Assembly: GCA_002269645.1 (NCBI GenBank)
Contig: NIVC01000258.1
Span: forward strand, 1,209 to 65,208
Direction: 5' to 3'
Length of the DNA: 64,000 nt
From: Macrostomum lignano
Taxonomy: Eukaryota
The notes beneath the pieces were generated by a model. The model worked only from the letters and a program-made list of their open reading frames with translations. It did no database searches and had not been told where the DNA came from. Made by a program: the position numbers and the translations under genes. Of this stretch, positions 36,101 through 48,000 are shown in pieces (positions within the stretch are counted from its first letter, which is position 1; each line of letters opens with the position of its first letter).

Positions 36101-39035
36101 TTTCATGTCTCTCTCACTGTGTCTCCTGTCTCTTTAGCTGTGTCTTCTGTCTCTCTAGCTGTGTCTCCTGTCTCTCCAGCTGTGTTTCATGTCTCTCTCA
36201 CTGTGTCTCCTGTCTCTTTAGCTGTGTCTTCTGTCTCTCTAGCTGTGTCTCCTGTCTCTCCAGCTGTGTTTCATGTCTCTCTCACTGTGTCTCCTGTCTC
36301 TTTAGCTGTGTCTTCTGTCTCTCTAGCTGTGTCTCCTGTCTCTCAGCTGTGTTTCATGTCTCTCTCACTGTGTCTCCTGTCTCTTTAGCTGTGTCTTCTG
36401 TCTCTCTAGCTGTGTCTCCTGTCTCTCAGCTGTGTTTCTGTCTCTCTCACTGTGTGTCTCTCTGTGTCTCTGTCTCTTAGCTGTGTCTTCTGTCTCTCTA
36501 GCTGTGTCTCCTGTCTCTCAGCTGTGTTTCATGTCTCTCTCACTGTGTCTCCTGTCTCTTTAGCTGTGTCTTCTGTCTCTCTAGCTGTGTCTCCTGTCTC
36601 TCCAGCTGTGTTTCATGTCTCTCTCACTGTGTCTCCTGTCTCTTTAGCTGTGTCTTCTGTCTCTCTAGCTGTGTCTCCTGTCTCTCCAGCTGTGTTTCAT
36701 GTCTCTCTCACTGTGTCTCCTGTCTCTTTAGCTGTGTCTTCTGTCTCTCTAGCTGTGTCTCCTGTCTCTCCAGCTGTGTTTCATGTCTCTCTCACTGTGT
36801 CTCCTGTCTCTTTAGCTGTGTCTTCTGTCTCTCTAGCTGTGTCTCCTGTCTCTCCAGCTGTGTTTCATGTCTCTCTCACTGTGTCTCCTGTCTCTTTAGC
36901 TGTGTCTTCTGTCTCTCTAGCTGTGTCTCCTGTCTCTCCAGCTGTGTTTCATGTCTCTCTCACTGTGTCTCCTGTCTCTTTAGCTGTGTCTTCTGTCTCT
37001 CTAGCTGTGTCTCCTGTCTCTCCAGCTGTGTTTCATGTCTCTCTCACTGTGTCTCCTGTCTCTTTAGCTGTGTCTTCTGTCTCTCTAGCTGTGTCTCCTG
37101 TCTCTCCAGCTGTGTCTCTCTGTCTCTCTCAGCTGTGTGTCTCTCTAGCTGTGTCTCCTGTCTCTAGCTGTGTCTTCTGTCTCTCTAGCTGTGTCTCCTG
37201 TCTCTCCAGCTGTGTTTCATGTCTCTCTCACTGTGTCTCCTGTCTCTTTAGCTGTGTCTTCTGTCTCTCTAGCTGTGTCTCCTGTCTCTAGCTGTGTCTT
37301 CTGTCTCTCTAGCTGTGTCTCCTGTCTCTAGCTGTGTTTCTGTCTCTCTACTGTGTCTCCTGTCTCTTTAGCTGTGTCTTCTGTCTCTCTAGCTGTGTCT
37401 CCTGTCTCTAGCTGTGTTTCATGTCTCTCTCACTGTGTCTCCTGTCTCTTTAGCTGTGTCTTCTGTCTCTCTAGCTGTGTCTCCTGTCTCTAGCTGTGTT
37501 TCATGTCTCTCTCACTGTGTCTCCTGTCTCTTTAGCTGTGTCTTCTGTCTCTCTAGCTGTGTCTCCTGTCTCTAGCTGTGTTTCATGTCTCTCTCACTGT
37601 GTCTCCTGTCTCTTTAGCTGTGTCTTCTGTCTCTCTAGCTGTGTCTCCTGTCTCTCAGCTGTGTTTCATGTCTCTCTCACTGTGTCTCCTGTCTCTTTAG
37701 CTGTGTTTCTGTCTCTCTCACTGTGTCTCCTGTCTCTCCAGCTGTGTTTCATGTCTCTCTCACTGTGTCTCCTGTCTCTTTAGCTGTGTCTTCTGTCTCT
37801 CTAGCTGTGTCTCCTGTCTCTCCAGCTGTGTTTCATGTCTCTCTCACTGTGTCTCCTGTCTCTTTAGCTGTGTCTTCTGTCTCTCTAGCTGTGTCTCCTG
37901 TCTCTCCAGCTGTGTTTCATGTCTCTCTCACTGTGTCTCCTGTCTCTTTAGCTGTGTCTTCTGTCTCTCTAGCTGTGTCTCCTGTCTCTCCAGCTGTGTT
38001 TCTGTCTCTCTCACTGTGTCTCCTGTCTCTAGCTGTGTCTTCTGTCTCTCTAGCTGTGTCTCCTGTCTCTCCAGCTGTGTTTCTGTCTCTCTCACTGTGT
38101 CTCCTGTCTCTTTAGCTGTGTCTTCTGTCTCTCTAGCTGTGTCTCCTGTCTCTCCAGCTGTGTTTCATGTCTCTCTCACTGTGTCTCCTGTCTCTTTAGC
38201 TGTGTCTTCTGTCTCTCTAGCTGTGTCTCCTGTCTCTCCAGCTGTGTTTCATGTCTCTCTCACTGTGTCTCCTGTCTCTTTAGCTGTGTCTTCTGTCTCT
38301 CTAGCTGTGTCTCCTGTCTCTCCAGCTGTGTTTCATGTCTCTCTCACTGTGTCTCCTGTCTCTTTAGCTGTGTCTTCTGTCTCTCTAGCTGTGTCTCCTG
38401 TCTCTCCAGCTGTGTTTCCTGTCTCTCTCACTGTGTCTCCTGTCTCTCTAGCTGTGTCTTCTGTCTCTCTAGCTGTGTCTCCGGTCTCTCCAGCTGTGTT
38501 TCATGTCTCTCTCACTGTGTCTCCTGTCTCTTTAGCTGTGTCTTCTGTCTCTCTAGCTGTGTCTCCTGTCTCTCAGCTGTGTTTCTGTCTCTCTCAGCTG
38601 TGTCTCCTGTCTCTTTAGCTGTGTCTTCTGTCTCTCTAGCTGTGTCTCCTGTCTCTCCAGCTGTGTTTCATGTCTCTCTCACTGTGTCTCCTGTCTCTTT
38701 AGCTGTGTCTTCTGTCTCTCTAGCTGTGTCTCCTGTCTCTCCAGCTGTGTTTCATGTCTCTCTCACTGTGTCTCCTGTCTCTTTAGCTGTGTCTTCTGTC
38801 TCTCTAGCTGTGTCTCCTGTCTCTCCAGCTGTGTTTCATGTCTCTCTCACTGTGTCTCCTGTCTCTTTAGCTGTGTCTTCTGTCTCTCTAGCTGTGTCTC
38901 CTGTCTCTCCAGCTGTGTTTCATGTCTCTCTCACTGTGTCTCCTGTCTCTTTAGCTGTGTCTTCTGTCTCTCTAGCTGTGTCTCCTGTCTCTCTAGCTGT
39001 GTCTTCTGTCTCTCTAGCTGTGTCTCCTGTCTCTC

Positions 39036-39080
39036 CAGCTAAAGAGACAGGAGACACTGTGTCTCCTGTCTCTTTAGCTG
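39036..39080. repeat. Perfect inverted repeat (22-bp arms, 1-nt loop) created by a local inversion inside the array
   Basis: CAGCTAAAGAGACAGGAGACAC (39036-39057), T (39058) and GTGTCTCCTGTCTCTTTAGCTG (39059-39080): the arms are exact reverse complements. It appears as KETGDT in the ORF 38579..40597 translation. Confidence 0.95.
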
Positions 39081-42000
39081 TGTCTTCTGTCTCTCTAGCT
39101 GTGTCTCCTGTCTCTCCAGCTGTGTTTCATGTCTCTCTCACTGTGTCTCCTGTCTCTTTAGCTGTGTCTTCTGTCTCTCTAGCTGTGTCTCCTGTCTCTC
39201 CAGCTGTGTTTCATGTCTCTCTCACTGTGTCTCCTGTCTCTTTAGCTGTGTCTTCTGTCTCTCTAGCTGTGTCTCCTGTCTCTCCAGCTGTGTTTCATGT
39301 CTCTCTCACTGTGTCTCCTGTCTCTTTAGCTGTGTCTTCTGTCTCTCTAGCTGTGTCTCCTGTCTCTCCAGCTGTGTTTCATGTCTCTCTCACTGTGTGT
39401 CTCTTAGCTGTCTCTGTCTCTTTAGCTGTGTCTTCTGTCTCTCTAGCTGTGTCTCCTGTCTCTCCAGCTGTGTTTCATGTCTCTCTCACTGTGTCTCCTG
39501 TCTCTTTAGCTGTGTCTTCTGTCTCTCTAGCTGTGTCTCCTGTCTCTCCAGCTGTGTTTCATGTCTCTCTCACTGTGTCTCCTGTCTCTTTAGCTGTGTC
39601 TTCTGTCTCTCTAGCTGTGTCTCCTGTCTCTCCAGCTGTGTTTCATGTCTCTCTCACTGTGTCTCCTGTCTCTTTAGCTGTGTCTTCTGTCTCTCTAGCT
39701 GTGTCTCCTGTCTCTCCAGCTGTGTTTCATGTCTCTCTCACTGTGTCTCCTGTCTCTTTAGCTGTGTCTTCTGTCTCTCTAGCTGTGTCTCCTGTCTCTC
39801 CAGCTGTGTTTCATGTCTCTCTCACTGTGTCTCCTGTCTCTTTAGCTGTGTCTTCTGTCTCTCTAGCTGTGTCTCCTGTCTCTCCAGCTGTGTTTCATGT
39901 CTCTCTCACTGTGTCTCCTGTCTCTTTAGCTGTGTCTTCTGTCTCTCTAGCTGTGTCTCCTGTCTCTCCAGCTGTGTTTCATGTCTCTCTCACTGTGTCT
40001 CCTGTCTCTTTAGCTGTGTCTTCTGTCTCTCTAGCTGTGTCTCCTGTCTCTCCAGCTGTGTTTCATGTCTCTCTCACTGTGTCTCCTGTCTCTTTAGCTG
40101 TGTCTTCTGTCTCTCTAGCTGTGTCTCCTGTCTCTCCAGCTGTGTTTCATGTCTCTCTCACTGTGTCTCCTGTCTCTTTAGCTGTGTCTTCTGTCTCTCT
40201 AGCTGTGTCTCCTGTCTCTCCAGCTGTGTTTCATGTCTCTCTCACTGTGTCTCCTGTCTCTTTAGCTGTGTCTTCTGTCTCTCTAGCTGTGTCTCCTGTC
40301 TCTCCAGCTGTGTTTCATGTCTCTCTCACTGTGTCTCCTGTCTCTTTAGCTGTGTCTTCTGTCTCTCTAGCTGTGTCTCCTGTCTCTCCAGCTGTGTTTC
40401 ATGTCTCTCTCACTGTGTCTCCTGTCTCTTTAGCTGTGTCTTCTGTCTCTCTAGCTGTGTCTCCTGTCTCTCCAGCTGTGTTTCATGTCTCTCTCACTGT
40501 GTCTCCTGTCTCTTTAGCTGTGTCTTCTGTCTCTCTAGCTGTGTCTCCTGTCTCTCAGCTGTGTTTCATGTCTCTCTCACTGTGTCTCTGTCTCTAGCTG
40601 TGTCTCTGTCTCTCTAGCTGTGTCTTCTGTCTCTCTAGCTGTGTCTCCTGTCTCTCCAGCTGTGTTTCATGTCTCTCTCACTGTGTCTCCTGTCTCTTTA
40701 GCTGTGTCTTCTGTCTCTCTAGCTGTGTCTCCTGTCTCTCCAGCTGTGTTTCATGTCTCTCTCACTGTGTCTCCTGTCTCTTTAGCTGTGTCTTCTGTCT
40801 CTCTAGCTGTGTCTCCTGTCTCTCCAGCTGTGTTTCATGTCTCTCTCACTGTGTCTCCTGTCTCTTTAGCTGTGTCTTCTGTCTCTCTAGCTGTGTCTCC
40901 TGTCTCTCCAGCTGTGTTTCATGTCTCTCTCACTGTGTCTCCTGTCTCTTTAGCTGTGTCTTCTGTCTCTCTAGCTGTGTCTCCTGTCTCTCCAGCTGTG
41001 TTTCATGTCTCTCTCACTGTGTCTCCTGTCTCTTTAGCTGTGTCTTCTGTCTCTCTAGCTGTGTCTCCTGTCTCTCCAGCTGTGTTTCATGTCTCTCTCA
41101 CTGTGTCTCCTGTCTCTTTAGCTGTGTCTTCTGTCTCTCTAGCTGTGTCTCCTGTCTCTCCAGCTGTGTTTCATGTCTCTCTCACTGTGTCTCCTGTCTC
41201 TTTAGCTGTGTCTTCTGTCTCTCTAGCTGTGTCTCCTGTCTCTCCAGCTGTGTTTCATGTCTCTCTCACTGTGTCTCCTGTCTCTTTAGCTGTGTCTTCT
41301 GTCTCTCTAGCTGTGTCTCCTGTCTCTCTAGCTGTGTCTCCTGTCTCTCCAGCTGTGTTTCTGTCTCTCTAGCTGTGTCTCCTGTCTCTTTAGCTGTGTC
41401 TTCTGTCTCTCTAGCTGTGTCTCCTGTCTCTCCAGCTGTGTTTCATGTCTCTCTCACTGTGTCTCCTGTCTCTTTAGCTGTGTCTTCTGTCTCTCTAGCT
41501 GTGTCTCCTGTCTCTCCAGCTGTGTTTCATGTCTCTCTCACTGTGTCTCCTGTCTCTTTAGCTGTGTCTTCTGTCTCTCTAGCTGTGTCTCCTGTCTCTC
41601 AGCTGTGTTTCATGTCTCTCACTGTGTCTCCTGTCTCTAGCTGTGTCTTCTGTCTCTCTAGCTGTGTCTCCTGTCTCTAGCTGTGTCTTCTGTCTCTCTA
41701 GCTGTGTCTCCTGTCTCTAGCTGTGTTTCTGTCTCTCTCACTGTGTCTCCTGTCTCTTTAGCTGTGTCTTCTGTCTCTCTAGCTGTGTCTCCTGTCTCTT
41801 TAGCTGTGTCTTCTGTCTCTCTAGCTGTGTCTCCTGTCTCTTTAGCTGTGTCTTCTGTCTCTCTAGCTGTGTCTCCTGTCTCTCAGCTGTGTTTCATGTC
41901 TCTCTCACTGTGTCTCCTGTCTCTTTAGCTGTGTCTTCTGTCTCTCTAGCTGTGTCTCCTGTCTCTCCAGCTGTGTTTCATGTCTCTCTCACTGTGTCTC

Positions 42001-45000
42001 CTGTCTCTTTAGCTGTGTCTTCTGTCTCTCTAGCTGTGTCTCCTGTCTCTCCAGCTGTGTTTCATGTCTCTCTCACTGTGTCTCTGTCTCACTGTGTCTC
42101 TGTCTCTCTAGCTGTGTCTTCTGTCTCTCTAGCTGTGTCTCCTGTCTCTCAGCTGTGTTTCATGTCTCTCTCACTGTGTCTCCTGTCTCTTTAGCTGTGT
42201 CTTCTGTCTCTCTAGCTGTGTCTCCTGTCTCTCCAGCTGTGTTTCATGTCTCTCTCACTGTGTCTCCTGTCTCTTTAGCTGTGTCTTCTGTCTCTCTAGC
42301 TGTGTCTCCTGTCTCTCCAGCTGTGTTTCATGTCTCTCTCACTGTGTCTCCTGTCTCTTTAGCTGTGTCTTCTGTCTCTCTAGCTGTGTCTCCTGTCTCT
42401 CCAGCTGTGTTTCATGTCTCTCTCACTGTGTCTCCTGTCTCTTTAGCTGTGTCTTCTGTCTCTCTAGCTGTGTCTCCTGTCTCTCCAGCTGTGTTTCATG
42501 TCTCTCTCACTGTGTCTCCTGTCTCTTTAGCTGTGTCTTCTGTCTCTCTAGCTGTGTCTCCTGTCTCTCCAGCTGTGTTTCATGTCTCTCTCACTGTGTC
42601 TCCTGTCTCTTTAGCTGTGTCTTCTGTCTCTCTAGCTGTGTCTCCTGTCTCTCCAGCTGTGTTTCATGTCTCTCTCACTGTGTCTCCTGTCTCTTTAGCT
42701 GTGTCTTCTGTCTCTCTAGCTGTGTCTCCTGTCTCTCCAGCTGTGTTTCATGTCTCTCTCACTGTGTCTCCTGTCTCTTTAGCTGTGTCTCTGTCTCTTA
42801 GCTGTGTCTTCTGTCTCTCTAGCTGTGTCTCCTGTCTCTCCAGCTGTGTTTCATGTCTCTCTCACTTGTCTCCTGTCTCTTTAGCTGTGTCTTCTGTCTC
42901 TCTAGCTGTGTCTCCTGTCTCTCCAGCTGTGTTTCATGTCTCTCTCACTGTGTCTCCTGTCTCTTTAGCTGTGTCTTCTGTCTCTCTAGCTGTGTCTCCT
43001 GTCTCTCCAGCTGTGTTTCATGTCTCTCTCACTGTGTCTCCTGTCTCTTTAGCTGTGTCTTCTGTCTCTCTAGCTGTGTCTCCTGTCTCTCCAGCTGTGT
43101 CTTCTGTCTCTCTACTGTGTCTCCTGTCTCTTTAGCTGTGTTTCTGTCTCTCTACTGTGTCTCCTGTCTCTTAGCTGTGTCTTCTGTCTCTCTAGCTGTG
43201 TCTCCTGTCTCTCCAGCTGTGTTTCATGTCTCTCTCACTGTGTCTCCTGTCTCTTTAGCTGTGTCTTCTGTCTCTCTAGCTGTGTCTCCTGTCTCTCAGC
43301 TGTGTTTCATGTCTCTCTCACTGTGTCTCCTGTCTCTTTAGCTGTGTCTTCTGTCTCTCTAGCTGTGTCTCCTGTCTCTCCAGCTGTGTCTCCTGTCTCT
43401 CTCACTGTGTCTCCTGTCTCTTTAGCTGTGTGTTTCCTGTCTCTCTAGCTGTGTCTCCTGTCTCTCCAGCTGTGTTTCATGTCTCTCTCACTGTGTCTCC
43501 TGTCTCTTTAGCTGTGTCTTCTGTCTCTCTAGCTGTGTCTCCTGTCTCTCCAGCTGTGTTTCATGTCTCTCTCACTGTGTCTCCTGTCTCTTTAGCTGTG
43601 TCTTCTGTCTCTCTAGCTGTGTCTCCTGTCTCTCCAGCTGTGTTTCATGTCTCTCTCACTGTGTCTCCTGTCTCTTTAGCTGTGTCTTCTGTCTCTCTAG
43701 CTGTGTCTCCTGTCTCTCCAGCTGTGTTTCTGTCTCTCTCAGCTGTGTCTCCTGTCTCTTTAGCTGTGTTTCTGTCTCTCTAGCTGTGTCTCCTGTCTCC
43801 AGCTGTGTTTCATGTCTCTCTCACTGTGTCTCCTGTCTCTAGCTGTGTCTTCTGTCTCTCTAGCTGTGTCTCCTGTCTCTCCAGCTGTGTTTCATGTCTC
43901 TCTCACTGTGTCTCCTGTCTCTTTAGCTGTGTCTCTGTCTTTAGCTGTGTCTTCTGTCTCTCTAGCTGTGTCTCCTGTCTCTCCAGCTGTGTTTCATGTC
44001 TCTCTCACTGTGTCTCCTGTCTCTTTAGCTGTGTCTTCTGTCTCTCTAGCTGTGTCTCCTGTCTCTCCAGCTGTGTTTCATGTCTCTCTCACTGTGTCTC
44101 CTGTCTCTTTAGCTGTGTCTTCTGTCTCTCTAGCTGTGTTTCATGTCTCTCTCACTGTGTCTCCTGTCTCTTTAGCTGTGTCTTCTGTCTCTCTAGCTGT
44201 GTCTCCTGTCTCTCCAGCTGTGTTTCATGTCTCTCTCACTGTGTCTCCTGTCTCTTTAGCTGTGTCTTCTGTCTCTCTAGCTGTGTCTCCTGTCTCTCCA
44301 GCTGTGTTTCATGTCTCTCTCACTGTGTCTCCTGTCTCTTTAGCTGTGTCTTCTGTCTCTCTAGCTGTGTCTCCTGTCTCTCCAGCTGTGTCTCCTGTCT
44401 CCAGCTGTGTTTCATGTCTCTCTCACTGTGTCTCCTGTCTCTTTAGCTGTGTCTTCTGTCTCTCTAGCTGTGTCTCCTGTCTCTCCAGCTGTGTTTCATG
44501 TCTCTCTCACTGTGTCTCCTGTCTCTTTAGCTGTGTCTTCTGTCTCTCTAGCTGTGTCTCCTGTCTCTCCAGCTGTGTTTCATGTCTCTCTCACTGTGTC
44601 TCCTGTCTCTTTAGCTGTGTCTTCTGTCTCTCTAGCTGTGTCTCCTGTCTCTCCAGCTGTGTTTCATGTCTCTCTCACTGTGTCTCCTGTCTCTTTAGCT
44701 GTGTCTTCTGTCTCTCTAGCTGTGTCTCCTGTCTCTCCAGCTGTGTTTCATGTCTCTCTCACTGTGTCTCCTGTCTCTTTAGCTGTGTCTTCTGTCTCTC
44801 TAGCTGTGTCTCCTGTCTCTCCAGCTGTGTTTCATGTCTCTCTCACTGTGTCTCCTGTCTCTTTAGCTGTGTCTTCTGTCTCTCTAGCTGTGTCTCCTGT
44901 CTCTCCAGCTGTGTTTCATGTCTCTCTCACTGTGTCTCCTGTCTCTTTAGCTGTGTCTTCTGTCTCTCTAGCTGTGTCTCCTGTCTCTCCAGCTGTGTTT

Positions 45001-48000
45001 CATGTCTCTCTCACTGTGTCTCCTGTCTCTTTAGCTGTGTCTTCTGTCTCTCTAGCTGTCTCTGTCTCTAGCTGTGTTTCTGTCTCTCTCAGCTGTGTCT
45101 CCTGTCTCTTTAGCTGTGTCTTCTGTCTCTCTAGCTGTGTCTCCTGTCTCTAGCTGTGTTTCTGTCTCTCTCAGCTGTGTCTCCTGTCTCTAGCTGTGTC
45201 TTCTGTCTCTCTAGCTGTGTCTCCTGTCTCTAGCTGTGTTTCATGTCTCTCTCACTGTGTCTCCTGTCTCTTTAGCTGTGTCTTCTGTCTCTCTAGCTGT
45301 GTCTCCTGTCTCTCTAGCTGTGTCTCCTGTCTCTCTAGCTGTGTCTTCTGTCTCTCTAGCTGTGTCTCCTGTCTCTAGCTGTGTCTTCTGTCTCTCTAGC
45401 TGTGTCTCCTGTCTCTCCAGCTGTGTTTCATGTCTCTCTCACTGTGTCTCCTGTCTCTTTAGCTGTGTCTTCTGTCTCTCTAGCTGTGTCTCCTGTCTCT
45501 CCAGCTGTGTTTCATGTCTCTCTCACTGTGTCTCCTGTCTCTTTAGCTGTGTCTTCTGTCTCTCTAGCTGTGTCTCCTGTCTCTCCAGCTGTGTTTCATG
45601 TCTCTCTCACTGTGTCTCCTGTCTCTTTAGCTGTGTCTTCTGTCTCTCTAGCTGTGTCTCCTGTCTCTCCAGCTGTGTTTCATGTCTCTCTCACTGTGTC
45701 TCCTGTCTCTTTAGCTGTGTCTTCTGTCTCTCTAGCTGTGTCTCCTGTCTCTCCAGCTGTGTTTCATGTCTCTCTCACTGTGTCTCCTGTCTCTTTAGCT
45801 GTGTCTTCTGTCTCTCTAGCTGTGTCTCCTGTCTCTCCAGCTGTGTTTCATGTCTCTCTCACTGTGTCTCCTGTCTCTTTAGCTGTGTCTTCTGTCTCTC
45901 TAGCTGTGTCTCCTGTCTCTCCAGCTGTGTGTCTCTCTCATGTCTCTCTCACTGTGTCTCCTGTCTCTTAGCTGTGTCTCCTGTCTCTTTAGCTGTGTCT
46001 TCTGTCTCTCTAGCTGTGTCTCCTGTCTCTCCAGCTGTGTTTCATGTCTCTCTCACTGTGTCTCCTGTCTCTTTAGCTGTGTCTTCTGTCTCTCTAGCTG
46101 TGTCTCCTGTCTCTCCAGCTGTGTTTCATGTCTCTCTCACTGTGTCTCCTGTCTCTTTAGCTGTGTCTTCTGTCTCTCTAGCTGTGTCTCCTGTCTCTCC
46201 AGCTGTGTCTCCTGTCTCTCTCACTGTGTCTCCTGTCTCTTTAGCTGTGTGTCTCCTGTCTCTCTAGCTGTGTCTCCTGTCTCTCTAGCTGTGTCTCCTG
46301 TCTCTCCAGCTGTGTTTCATGTCTCTCTCACTGTGTCTCCTGTCTCTTTAGCTGTGTCTTCTGTCTCTCTAGCTGTGTCTCCTGTCTCTAGCTGTGTCTT
46401 CTGTCTCTCTCACTGTGTCTCCTGTCTCTTTAGCTGTGTCTTCTGTCTCTCTAGCTGTGTCTCCTGTCTCTCAGCTGTGTCTTCTGTCTCTCTAGCTGTG
46501 TCTCCTGTCTCTAGCTGTGTTTCATGTCTCTCTAGCTGTGTCTCCTGTCTCTCCAGCTGTGTTTCATGTCTCTCTCACTGTGTCTCCTGTCTCTTTAGCT
46601 GTGTCTTCTGTCTCTCTAGCTGTGTCTCCTGTCTCTCCAGCTGTGTTTCATGTCTCTCTCACTGTGTCTCCTGTCTCTTTAGCTGTGTCTTCTGTCTCTC
46701 TAGCTGTGTCTCCTGTCTCTCCAGCTGTGTTTCATGTCTCTCTCACTGTGTCTCCTGTCTCTTTAGCTGTGTCTTCTGTCTCTCTAGCTGTGTCTCCTGT
46801 CTCTCAGCTGTGTCTTCTGTCTCTCTCACTGTGTCTCCTGTCTCTAGCTGTGTGTCTCTCATGTCTCTCTCAGCTGTGTCTCCTGTCTCTTAGCTGTGTT
46901 TCTGTCTCTCTAGCTGTGTCTCCTGTCTCTAGCTGTGTCTTCTGTCTCTCTAGCTGTGTCTCCTGTCTCTCCAGCTGTGTTTCATGTCTCTCTCACTGTG
47001 TCTCCTGTCTCTTTAGCTGTGTCTTCTGTCTCTCTAGCTGTGTCTCCTGTCTCTCCAGCTGTGTTTCATGTCTCTCTCACTGTGTCTCCTGTCTCTTTAG
47101 CTGTGTCTTCTGTCTCTCTAGCTGTGTCTCCTGTCTCTCCAGCTGTGTTTCATGTCTCTCTCACTGTGTCTCCTGTCTCTTTAGCTGTGTCTTCTGTCTC
47201 TCTAGCTGTGTCTCCTGTCTCTAGCTGTGTTTCATGTCTCTCTCACTGTGTCTCCTGTCTCTTTAGCTGTGTCTTCTGTCTCTCTAGCTGTGTCTCCTGT
47301 CTCTCCAGCTGTGTTTCATGTCTCTCTCACTGTGTCTCCTGTCTCTTTAGCTGTGTCTTCTGTCTCTCTAGCTGTGTCTCCTGTCTCTCCAGCTGTGTTT
47401 CATGTCTCTCTCACTGTGTCTCCTGTCTCTTTAGCTGTGTCTTCTGTCTCTCTAGCTGTGTCTCCTGTCTCTCCAGCTGTGTTTCATGTCTCTCTCACTG
47501 TGTCTCCTGTCTCTTTAGCTGTGTCTTCTGTCTCTCTAGCTGTGTCTCCTGTCTCTCCAGCTGTGTTTCATGTCTCTCTCACTGTGTCTCCTGTCTCTTT
47601 AGCTGTGTCTTCTGTCTCTCTAGCTGTGTCTTCTGTCTCTCTAGCTGTGTCTCCTGTCTCTCTAGCTGTGTCTTCTGTCTCTCCAGCTGTGTCTCCTGTC
47701 TCTTTAGCTGTGTCTTCTGTCTCTCTAGCTGTGTCTCCTGTCTCTCCAGCTGTGTTTCATGTCTCTCTCACTGTGTCTCCTGTCTCTTTAGCTGTGTCTT
47801 CTGTCTCTCTAGCTGTGTCTCCTGTCTCTCCAGCTGTGTTTCATGTCTCTCTCACTGTGTCTCCTGTCTCTTTAGCTGTGTCTTCTGTCTCTCTAGCTGT
47901 GTCTCCTGTCTCTCCAGCTGTGTTTCATGTCTCTCTCACTGTGTCTCCTGTCTCTTTAGCTGTGTCTTCTGTCTCTCTAGCTGTGTCTCCTGTCTCTCCA

